NCBI GenBank assembly: GCA_004431415.1
Contig: QPMI01000018.1
Coordinates: 1-33,666 of the forward strand
DNA length: 33,666 bases
Direction of reading: 5' to 3'
Source: Cyanophora paradoxa CCMP329
Lineage: Eukaryota; Plantae; Glaucophyta
The notes beneath the pieces are model-generated. The model saw only the letters and a program-made list of their open reading frames with translations. It searched no databases and was not told the DNA's origin. Shown piece by piece: positions 11,538 through 20,176 of this stretch. The position numbers and the translations under genes were made by a program. How positions within the stretch are numbered: position 1 is the stretch's first letter; every line of letters starts with the position of its first letter.

Positions 11538-14500
11538 CGGCTGCGGGCCAGCACGACGGCGGCGTTCTGGTCCGATTGGCGAAGGACATCACTGTACGGC
11601 CGGGTGAATCGCTCGTTCGATGTTACATGCCACAAACGACTTCGAACACGACTCTCGGCGCACCGGAAGTCCTCCTCACTCCGCCACCACTCCTCCTCGA
11701 CGACGACGGCTTCGACGGAGCCGACGAAGTCGAATTCTTGGTGCCATACCAAATTCACCGCAACCCAGCACACGGCACGTTTTTCGTGCAGATCTGCAAC
11801 CCTCACAGGCGGCCTGTCCGCCTGCAAGCCGGAACTGTGATTGCGGAGACTGAATTCGGGACTTGGCCGGAGTCCGAATTCCGTCCACACGAGAATGTCG
11901 AGACCTACCCCAAGGGGTGCTACAGCTCCTGGACACCTCAACAACAACTGACATTCCCGATCTCTTCCGTAGCCGCGCAAATCTACGAGAACTTCAAGCC
12001 TGTTGTCGTACCCCGACGCTCGCAACCACGGCGCTACATCTCCCGAGCCCGACGCCTCTATCCGGAGGTCTACCACCGACGACCGCCCGAACCCAACTAC
12101 ACGGAGGGCGAGGCGGCGCATGTTGGCTCCGTCAATGCTGCTGCCGACATCCCGCTATCCCACGAGGCCAGCGAGCGTCTCATGTCGTACGTCGCACGTG
12201 TCGTCACCCCTTACACTGCTCGAACCGGTGATCACTTCAACGACAAGGAGCTCATGGAGCTGGCCAGCTTCTTCGAGCCTCACTTCGCCCGCTTCGACTC
12301 CGAGCCGATGCTGGTTGGCCCCGCAGTCGGCCCCACGGTGCCCATCGCGTCCGTCAATGCCGACGCTCGAATGGAGCCCCCGTCGAGTGACACTGCGCCT
12401 CCTACAAAGCCATCGCCCGAGACCATCAAGGCGATGGTGGACGCCCTGTTGAAACCATCGGAGTCGAACCCCGACGCCCTTCCCGAGGATCGCACTCAAC
12501 TCCAGAACCTTCTCACGCAACGCCAGCACTGCTTCGCCCAGAACATCAATCCACGCGAGCTCCTGAAGTACAAGCACAGCATCCGACTTCTGCCCGGCGT
12601 CCCCGCCAAGCACCTCCCGCTGTACACCGTTCCTCGCCGGCTCTCTCCGCCTGCGGAGAAGGCTGCGAAGGCGGAAATCGAGAAGCTGCTACGCGACGGT
12701 CTCATCGAGCCTTCGCAAGCTGGTTTCGGCAGCCCCGTGGTGCTGGCACCGAAGAAGGATGGCACGATGCGATTCTGCGTCGACTACAGGAAGCTCAATT
12801 CCCTCACGGAACGTGATGTCTTCCCGTTGCCACGCATTGAGGACCAATTGGAGCGCCTACAGGGCGCGTCCACGTTCTCGACTGGCGACGCAACGTCGGG
12901 CTTCTGGCAGTTGGAACTCGACGAGGAGTCACGTGACCTGACGACATTCATCGTCCCCTGGGGAATGTACAGGTGGAAAGTGACCCCTTTCGGTATCACG
13001 AACGGCCCAGCGGCGTTCTGCCGAGCCGTGACGTCAATTTTGGGCAACCTTTTGTCCACCTGCGTCGTGGCGTACGTCGATGACCTCACGGTCCACTCGC
13101 CGAACGTCAAACAACACCTTCTCGACTTGGAGGCCTTCTTCGCTGCGATCGACCGCGGTAACCTCAAACTCAAGCCCAGCAAATGTCGTTTCATGGTGCG
13201 GGAAGTCGAGCTGCTCGGATTCCGCGTTAGCAGCGACGGCATTCGCATGGACCCCAAGAAGGTCGAGATCATCTCCAAGATCACGGCGAACGAACTCCAG
13301 ACTGTCGAGCAACTCCGCAGTTTCCTCGGCCTCACAGGCTTCTACCGGCGCTTCGTACAGAGTTACGCGCGACGGGAACTTCCCCTGCGAGACCTCCTCA
13401 CGGACGCACTACGAGCCGACCGGCTCAACTTGGTGTGGAATGACGAGGCTCTCGCTGCGTTGGACGACCTCAAGAAGGCGATGTGCGAGGACATTGTGCT
13501 GATGCTGCCCGACTTCACGAAGCCGTTCATCATTTACACGGACTGGAGCAAACGGGCCATGGGAGCGGTGCTCATGCAGGAGGACAAGGACGGCCGCGAG
13601 CGCCCAATCGCATTCATCAGTCGTACTCTGACAAACATGGAGCGCAAGTACCAATCACCAACGGAGGGCGAATGCATTGCAGTACTCTGGGCGGTTAAGG
13701 TCTGGCACCACTACTTCGTCTGCGGCCACCCGTTCACGATCCGCACGGATCATTCGGCGTTGCAATGGTTGAAGACACAGGAGCTGGCGAACAACAAGAC
13801 GCTTGGGCGCGCGGCCATCGCCCTCAACCACTACAACTACACTATCGAGTACCGCAACGGGCGGTCGAACGTCGTTGCGGACTGCTGCTCTCGCCTTGCG
13901 GAGACGCACGCAGTGTACAAGCCTGGCGGCGCTGACGGCACTGACATCACGACTTCGATACCCGACGGCGCTCACGGGTTCGGTGTGCCCGATGCGGGAG
14001 ACTACGACGATCCACGCGAACTCTACCGCGTCGCCATCCACCGCACCTCCTCGGCCCTGCAACATACTCTGGACGGGCCGGCGTGGATCCCTACTGGGGA
14101 TAGACGCCGCGCCACCACGCGACCCGAGCACCTTGCCCCGGCGCCACCGCGCCGAGACCGCGACGACCCTCAGACTTCACGGCGACGTCCAAGGTCGTTG
14201 ACGCCCGACACTCAGCGAGTGCGTGACATCGTCGAGAACGGCGGCCTGGAAGATGTGGAGTCCCAGATCACGCTGGAACGGCTCCACGAGAACGGCGCCC
14301 TCTCTGCCCCCGACGTCGTACCCATGGAAGTTGACACGCCTGCACCGGCCGCAGCGGCAGACGAGGCGGGCGCGACGGCCCCTCCTGCACGGCGACGCCG
14401 CGGGGTGACGAACCTCGAGCATACACTCGACGGCGCGGCTTGGCTACCGGCCGAGGGTCGCCGCCGCCGACTTCAAGCTCGAGGACAGGAGAGCTCCGCT

Positions 14501-15055
14501 GACGGGCTTCAAGCTCGAGGACAGGAGAGCTCGGCCCGGAGGCCTCGGTCTCAGTCACCGGAAGGAGGGGGAGGGGGTACAGACGAGGAGAGCGAGCCGT
14601 CGCTACCCCGTCCATCTTTGCGAGGCTTCGATCGTCAAGCAGCTGACCGCACGCTACGCGACTCTGTGGAACGGGCACGACGCCGGGCCCTCACGGATGA
14701 CGGCCAATCTTCGCAGTCCTCGGCGTCCGACGGAACGTCGAACTCAAGACGGAGCACGGCTTGGAGTGTCCCGCGCCAATACCAGCGACGGCTTGAAAAG
14801 GACTACGCTGACCGCCTCGCCAGTGATCGCGACAGACGTTCGCGTGCGGCCCGAGATCTGCACGAAGCCTCGCGGGAAAGGACGGCGACGACGCTCGAAC
14901 GGCGACGCCAACTGGCAGAGATGGGCCGTACCCCGTCTGAGATCGACGCGCTCGTACCCCTGCCCTCTGTTCGGAACCGAACCCCGGAGGAGCGGCGCAG
15001 ACGGCGACAATCCCGCAAGGCGCTGAACGCCAAGGCATGCCCGTACCGCGGGTGA
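11531..15055 (+). CDS. pol: Pol: dUTPase-like region, reverse transcriptase, RNase H, long low-complexity linker
   Basis: RT motifs SPVVLAPKKDGTMRFCVDYRKLN, FPLPRIED, GFWQ, PFGITNGPA, YVDD (13073-13084), LLGF, LRSFLGLTGFYRRF. RNase H motifs YTDWS (~13535), TEGECIA, IRTDHSAL, NVVADCCSR. Confidence 0.97.
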   Translation, partial: PFSAAGQHDGGVLVRLAKDITVRPGESLVRCYMPQTTSNTTLGAPEVLLTPPPLLLDDDGFDGADEVEFLVPYQIHRNPAHGTFFVQICNPHRRPVRLQAGTVIAETEFGTWPESEFRPHENVETYPKGCYSSWTPQQQLTFPISSVAAQIYENFKPVVVPRRSQPRRYISRARRLYPEVYHRRPPEPNYTEGEAAHVGSVNAAADIPLSHEASERLMSYVARVVTPYTARTGDHFNDKELMELASFFEPHFARFDSEPMLVGPAVGPTVPIASVNADARMEPPSSDTAPPTKPSPETIKAMVDALLKPSESNPDALPEDRTQLQNLLTQRQHCFAQNINPRELLKYKHSIRLLPGVPAKHLPLYTVPRRLSPPAEKAAKAEIEKLLRDGLIEPSQAGFGSPVVLAPKKDGTMRFCVDYRKLNSLTERDVFPLPRIEDQLERLQGASTFSTGDATSGFWQLELDEESRDLTTFIVPWGMYRWKVTPFGITNGPAAFCRAVTSILGNLLSTCVVAYVDDLTVHSPNVKQHLLDLEAFFAAIDRGNLKLKPSKCRFMVREVELLGFRVSSDGIRMDPKKVEIISKITANELQTVEQLRSFLGLTGFYRRFVQSYARRELPLRDLLTDALRADRLNLVWNDEALAALDDLKKAMCEDIVLMLPDFTKPFIIYTDWSKRAMGAVLMQEDKDGRERPIAFISRTLTNMERKYQSPTEGECIAVLWAVKVWHHYFVCGHPFTIRTDHSALQWLKTQELANNKTLGRAAIALNHYNYTIEYRNGRSNVVADCCSRLAETHAVYKPGGADGTDITTSIPDGAHGFGVPDAGDYDDPRELYRVAIHRTSSALQHTLDGPAWIPTGDRRRATTRPEHLAPAPPRRDRDDPQTSRRRPRSLTPDTQRVRDIVENGGLEDVESQITLERLHENGALSAPDVVPMEVDTPAPAAAADEAGATAPPARRRRGVTNLEHTLDGAAWLPAEGRRRRLQARGQESSADGLQARGQESSARRPRSQSPEGGGGGTDEESEPSLPRPSLRGFDRQAADRTLRDSVERARRRALTDDGQSSQSSASDGTSNSRRSTAWSVPRQYQRRLEKDYADRLASDRDRRSRAARDLHEASRERTATTLERRRQLAEMGRTPSEIDALVPLPSVRNRTPEERRRRRQSRKALNAKACPYRG

Positions 15056-16881
15056 AGCCTCCCAAGGGCAAGAATTCACGGCAGTCTCGATATGCCATTG
15101 CGCCCCCGTCGCATCTCGACGTTGCTGACGAGGAAGAGTACATGCACTTCCTGCAGCAAGAACGTGACCTCGGTCGTCCGCGACCTGATCCCACTTCTAG
15201 CAGCGCTATCGCCCCGCTGGACGAAGGTGAAGGCGCCCAGAATGAGCCGACACACGTTCGCTTGCCGCGTGGCACCGTTGTCATGGACACCTGGAGCGAG
15301 GGCCCCCGCCCCCTCGTTGACGTTCCTCCGCCACCGACGATCCGTGAACTTGTTTCCGATGGGACCGCGGTCATCATGGCTCAGGCTCGTGACCCTCTTT
15401 GCCAGATGGTGTTCGCACTTCTTCGCGAGAAGGAGAACCTGGCGCGCTGTCACTCCCACTACACTGCTGGTGAACGTGACCCGGAGGTGCTTGGGAGCTG
15501 CATTCTCTGCAAGTCTGCACGCGATCGCTTCGCTCGTGAAGCTACTCAGTACACGATCGATGAGCAAGATACCGTACTGCGGTTGCCCTTGCTCCCCACT
15601 ATGCGGCCTCAGATCGTTGTACCCCCAGAGTGGCGGGAGAAGATTGTTCACGCTTACCATGATGACTGGGCTCACCGTGGTGCCCCCATTGTTGCTCGGC
15701 GCATCGCCTCACGGTTTTGGTGGCCGGGCATGACGACTGCTGTCCATCGCTACGTGAAGACGTGCCGACACTGTCAGTTTGCCAAGGCTCACAAGAAGCC
15801 GAAGTCACAATTCACTGTGATCGAGTCTGAGCATCCTGGCGACTTGCGTCAAGCCGATCACTTCCCTATGGCGCCCTCTGAGAACGGTCGACTTCACCGT
15901 TTCACACTTGTGCACATTGATGTCGACGCTTTTACCAAGTACCCTGAGATTTTGATGCTGACGGAGGCTGATGGTCGTGCCTGTGAGTGGGCTGCACAAA
16001 CTGTGTACGCGAATCACGGCCCTTGCAAGCGGTATCTCACGGATAACGCCAAGGTCTTCACGCCTACTAGTCTCTGGGGCAAATTCTGGACTCGCCAGGG
16101 TACTCGGTTGATTTACGCTCCCACGTCCCACCAGTCCACGAACGGCGGTGCTGAGCGGCTTGGTGGCATTTACAAGCGCTTGGTGTATGCTCTTTGCGAT
16201 GAGAACGGGGAGGACAATTCCCATTGGCCTTTCTATCATTATCGCGTGCTCTTCGCTCTCCGGACCACGATCCACGCTGCCACTGGTTTTTCACCCGCCG
16301 CTCTGCACTTTGGACGAGAATTGATGTTGCCTGGCGATCTTCGTCTCGACCTCACCCTGCGCGAACCTCACGAAGATCCCGTTTCTCTCTACGATTACGC
16401 TTTGTCGGTCGCTCGAGCCGCCCGCGACCAAATCTCTGCCGTCCGAGAACACCGCAAACTTTACAACAAGAAGTTGCTTCGCTATGGCACTGGCCGTGAG
16501 CCGCATCGTGTTTTCAAGCCTGGTGACAAAGTGTTGTGCTGGATTATCAGCGCGAAGACCAGTAACGTCAAGCGCACTGGGCCTCGCAATGGTTGGACTG
16601 GCCCTTACACTGTCACTGAGGTTCACTCTCACGGTCTTTTGTACACTGTCCGAGGCGATGACACTTCACTGGTGTATCGCTCGCGCGAGGTTCTCATGCA
16701 CGTTGATCTCATGATCGCTTTTCACGAGCGTCCTGCCAATGTTCTCGCTCCCCGCAAAGCCGGTCGCCCTCGCAAGGCCCCCGTGCCTGTGCCGCCCGAT
16801 CATGAGGTCCCCGTGCCTCCGCCACCTGCCGTTGATCCCGATTCACTTTCCGATGATGACACGACGGATAACGAGTCTTGA
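15037..16881 (+). CDS. Integrase (HHCC zinc domain, DD36E core, GPY motif, C-terminal AT-hook), -1 frame relative to RT-RH
   Basis: HDDWAH...CRHC; QADHF...LTDN...NGGAERL with 36 residues between the second D and E; TGFSPAALHFG; WTGPYTV; RKAGRPRK; stop TGA ending at 16881. Confidence 0.95.
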   Translation: MPVPRVKPPKGKNSRQSRYAIAPPSHLDVADEEEYMHFLQQERDLGRPRPDPTSSSAIAPLDEGEGAQNEPTHVRLPRGTVVMDTWSEGPRPLVDVPPPPTIRELVSDGTAVIMAQARDPLCQMVFALLREKENLARCHSHYTAGERDPEVLGSCILCKSARDRFAREATQYTIDEQDTVLRLPLLPTMRPQIVVPPEWREKIVHAYHDDWAHRGAPIVARRIASRFWWPGMTTAVHRYVKTCRHCQFAKAHKKPKSQFTVIESEHPGDLRQADHFPMAPSENGRLHRFTLVHIDVDAFTKYPEILMLTEADGRACEWAAQTVYANHGPCKRYLTDNAKVFTPTSLWGKFWTRQGTRLIYAPTSHQSTNGGAERLGGIYKRLVYALCDENGEDNSHWPFYHYRVLFALRTTIHAATGFSPAALHFGRELMLPGDLRLDLTLREPHEDPVSLYDYALSVARAARDQISAVREHRKLYNKKLLRYGTGREPHRVFKPGDKVLCWIISAKTSNVKRTGPRNGWTGPYTVTEVHSHGLLYTVRGDDTSLVYRSREVLMHVDLMIAFHERPANVLAPRKAGRPRKAPVPVPPDHEVPVPPPPAVDPDSLSDDDTTDNES

Positions 16882-16926
16882 ATCACGGCCCGTACACTGG
16901 GAGTCGGATTCCTATTACACCCTGGG

Positions 16927-17398
16927 TGTATGACTATTACACCGAGTCCGCGCACCTATTACACCGAGGGGTTCGCCCGGGCTGCCGCCCGACTGCACCA
17001 GGACGCGCTGATAAGGGTTAGGATCTCTCAGTTGCATGTTCACGCATCGGCCGACGGTCGGCCTTGCGTCCGGTGACTCGCTGGAGTGGTGAAAGACCAC
17101 AGCCAGCGGACGGTCTTGAGCCACGTGGCGGAGCACCGCAGGAATCGTTTCGCCTGACTAAGTAGCTTGCTTCTAGTACTGTCGACAAGCTACAGACCTC
17201 CGGCCGGATTGGCCGGGTCGGTCGGCTCGGGTGCACGGATTTGAAGTGCCGCGCTTCGGAATTGCTACGGCTGATGTGCAGAACGGTTCTAGCGAAGCTA
17301 TGGGCCTGGGCAAGCTCAAGCGGCCGTGCGCCGTGGGTCGCTCGTGGTCGGTGTGAGAAGGGTCGGAGTAATAGGAGAAGGAGTACAAAGATGTTGCA
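16927..17398 (+). repeat. Putative 3' LTR (TGTA... to TACA at 17387 or TGCA at 17398)
   Basis: Non-coding segment 45 bp after the integrase stop that begins TGTA and reaches a CA end near a composition change. No 5' LTR is in the window to confirm it. Alternative: the purine tract at 17371-17391 is the PPT and the LTR starts TGTTGCA at 17392. Confidence 0.35.
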
Positions 17399-17399
17399 A

Positions 17400-18480
17400 A
17401 CTGAACTTTTTTTGCGGCTTCGAACCCTGGGATACGCCGGCGGGCCACTAGTACTGGGGATCGTCGGGGCTTCAACGCTGAATCCACTGCGTGGCTTCGA
17501 CGGGATCTTCAGGTGCGCGGCGGCCGCGCTCGCGGATGCACACCTTTCAAACTCTTGTTGACAGCAGCAAGGCGAGGATATCATCATGTCATATTCCGCA
17601 AGCTTGAAGGCGACGAGATCATCATGAAGAGTTGCGGCGCGCAGAAGGGGTGGCGCGCACCCGTTGCCGCGCGCGAGCGTCTCCCCCGGTTCGAGGTGCG
17701 TCCCCTCATCCACCTGCCACGCCTTGAATGTCGGTTCTTCTGAAAGATCTGACGCCAAAGATCTCATGGTTCGGGGAGGGCAGGCGCTGATGGGCTGCTC
17801 GGCCTTCCTCGGCCTTCCTCGAGGACGGGTTGATCGAGATTTGAAGACGGGCCCTCGGAGTGCGTGTTGATGAAGCAAGCAGATCCTCACTACGTCACAC
17901 TACGGTCTTCCACTTCTTTCACTTCTTCTGGATACGGAGGCCCCTTTTCAGACCCCTTTCCAGAGGCGATTGTTAAATGTCAATGGTGCAAAGAGCTCAG
18001 CAAGCTTCAGCTCTACGTAAGCATCTCGAGCTCAGCTCAAGGTCAGCAATGGCTGAAGCTCATGATCATGTTGGAGAAAAATCGACATCAGTGGTGCGAA
18101 ATTTCTGTAGTATAAGCTCGACCTTGAATTTGAGTATACGTACAAGAGTTTAACGAAAGGGACTTCCAGGTACTGCAACCGCTGCCGTCGTTGGGAGTTC
18201 GAGTTGTACATACTCAACAAAAAACACGAGCTCTACAGCTCCGTCCTCTTCAATTGCTTTGGTGATTCGTTCGTTGACGAAATTCCGTCGACGTACGCGT
18301 CGCGCGGGCGTCCCTTGCAGCGGTTCAGCAAAACGATGTGCACCGGCATTGCCTCTTCTTGGATTGATTTCTTCAATCGGTGCGTCCTTTTGAATATCCG
18401 CGGCGGCAGGCGAGGGCACCTTGTCCTTCTTGCCCGCTGCAGGTCGCCGAGGGCCCTACGTCCAAGTCACCGAGGGGGGT
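17400..18480 (-). pseudogene. Degenerate coding sequence with an AT-hook-like motif
   Basis: Protein-like fragments in shifting minus frames (18150-18419, 18032-18220, 17018-17890), including RPRGRPRK near 17805-17830, with several stops. Confidence 0.3.
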
Positions 18481-18942
18481 GAGGGCGCGAGGCTCGTTCG
18501 GGAGGCCTTAGAGGGCGAACCTGGCCGGCCGGGTGCGTTCATCCGTATCTACTTATCAATATCAAGCTGAAAAGTCGATTAACTGCGCAGCCCCGTTCGT
18601 GCAGGACGGGAGCCTGGCGCTGTCGGCGCACTTCAGAAACGATCGTCGACGTCGGCGCAGTTATTCGAAGAGGTCATGGTCTGCAACTCGCCTTGACTTG
18701 CTGCCGTTTCCGGGAGCTCGCGTTCACTTCCTCGACGACACGATCATCGACGTGAAAATCGGCATGGTCGATTCCGGCATGCATGTGAGGACGAAGGACG
18801 GCGGAGGCCAACGGCTACTCGTGCCAAGCGGCCTCGAGGCTGGTGCAGGACTCCGAAAAGCTAAAGGAGGTCTTTATCGAGCTGCACGGCCCTCCACATG
18901 ACATTGTGCGACCTCGAGCTCTTCGCCGTTTTACTCGATGTC

Positions 18943-19000
18943 GCGATCTAGATGTCGCGATCGTTCCGGAGAGCGATCTAGATGTCGCAATCGTTCCGGA
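18943..19000 (+). repeat. 30-bp direct tandem duplication
   Basis: gcgatctagatgtcgc(g/a)atcgttccgga at 18943 and 18973. Confidence 0.85.
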
Positions 19001-19207
19001 TCCGGCGTCAGCATAATCAGGGCGACCAATTAGAGCGGCGGCGGCGACGGCGCGGCTGCAGGGCGACGGCGGCGGCGTAGTTTCCCTATGGTAGATAGAG
19101 GTAAATGTAGCTTGTGTTTCTGGTAGTTCGGGTGTAGAAATTGCAAAGTGCTGTTTTTCACCACCGGAGCCAATAGACCTCTGCCACGCTTGATATTTAT
19201 ATTTGTC

Positions 19208-20000
19208 GAAAGCACCCTAAAGCGGGGCAGAGGCTCGTCTGGCCTTCCATTCTCGAAGGCGAGGTCCGATGCCCCACTGGGCCAGGCCACCCAGTGACCG
19301 TCATTTCCGGGGAAGAGTGCCGGGCGAACATTTATCTTTCTTTTTCTGTTATTCAAGATGCTAATCATGTTCGAAAGCACCCTAGAGCGGAGCAGAGGCT
19401 CGTCTGGCCTCCCATTCTCGAGGACGAGGTCCGATGCCCCACCCAGTGACCGAGCCATCATTTCCGGGGAGGAGTGCCGGGCGAACATTTATCTTTCTTT
19501 TTCTGTTAGTCAAGATGCTAATCATGTTCGAAAGCACCCTAGAGCGGAGCAGAGGCTCGTCTGGCCTTCCATTCTCGAGGACGAGGTCCGATGCCCCACC
19601 CAGTGACCGAGCCATCATTTCCGGGGAGGAGTGCCGGGCGAACATTTATCTTTCTTTTTCTGTTAGTCCAGATGCTAATCATGTTCGAAAGCACCCTAGA
19701 GCGGAGCAGAGGCTCGTCTGGCCTTCCATTCTCGAGGACGAGGTCCGATGCCCCACCCAGTGACCGAGCCATCATTTCCGGGGAGGAGTGCCGGGCGAAC
19801 ATTTATCTTTCTTTTTCTGTTAGTCCAGATGCTAATCATGTTCGAAAGCACCCTAGAGCGGAGCAGAGGCTCGTCTGGCCTTCCATTCTCGAGGACGAGG
19901 TCCGATGCCCGACCCAGTGACCGAGCCATCATTTCCGGGGAGGAGTGCCGGGCGAACATTTATCTTTCTTTTTCTGTTAGTCAAGATGCAAGTCATGTTT
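19208..20000 (+). repeat. 157-bp tandem array, 5 units, each an imperfect ~122-nt palindrome plus AT-rich linker
   Basis: gaaagcaccct starts at 19208, 19373, 19530, 19687 and 19844; units 2-5 are near identical. Confidence 0.97.
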
Positions 20001-20176
20001 GATGTTTATTTTGTTCGTAATCAACCTTGAATGACTACGTGATACAGCCTCCCGATGTTGCGTGATTGTTCAGCACCCTTCGTCATCACTGCGTTTTGTG
20101 AATCAAAAGAATGAAAATGAAATGATGAATGGTCTCGCCCTGAGATGTTGAAAATGTCCGCAAACGAGAGACCTTT

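Larger units (their letters stand above)
1..17398 (+). mobile_element. Giant Ty3/Gypsy (Metaviridae) LTR retrotransposon, 5' part outside the window
   Basis: Domain order NC knuckles - PR - RT - RNase H - IN is the Ty3/Gypsy order. All long ORFs are on +, with uniform GC/CpG-rich composition up to ~17400. The right boundary is approximate. Confidence 0.92.

Noticed and set aside
14941-15055. Programmed frameshift between RNase H linker and integrase
   Set aside because: No canonical slippery heptamer in the overlap; RT and IN are normally fused, and a single lost base explains it.
216-16632. Long minus-strand ORFs within the retroelement (e.g. 216-1013, 1332-2138, 3981-5093)
   Set aside because: Shadow ORFs expected from GC-rich coding sequence on the + strand; no motifs.
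16620-17400. Chromodomain or env gene after integrase
   Set aside because: No aromatic-cage chromodomain pattern and no downstream + ORF with signal or transmembrane features.
17018-17400. 3' part of minus ORF 17018-17890 as a real gene
   Set aside because: It runs into putative LTR sequence, where the translation loses protein-like character; likely read-through across the insertion junction.
19030-20002. Repeated ORFs (MFARHSSPEMM..., MLIMFESTLE...) and their counterparts at 21858-23079 and 26477-27207
   Set aside because: By-products of tandem repeats; the 157-bp unit is not a multiple of 3.
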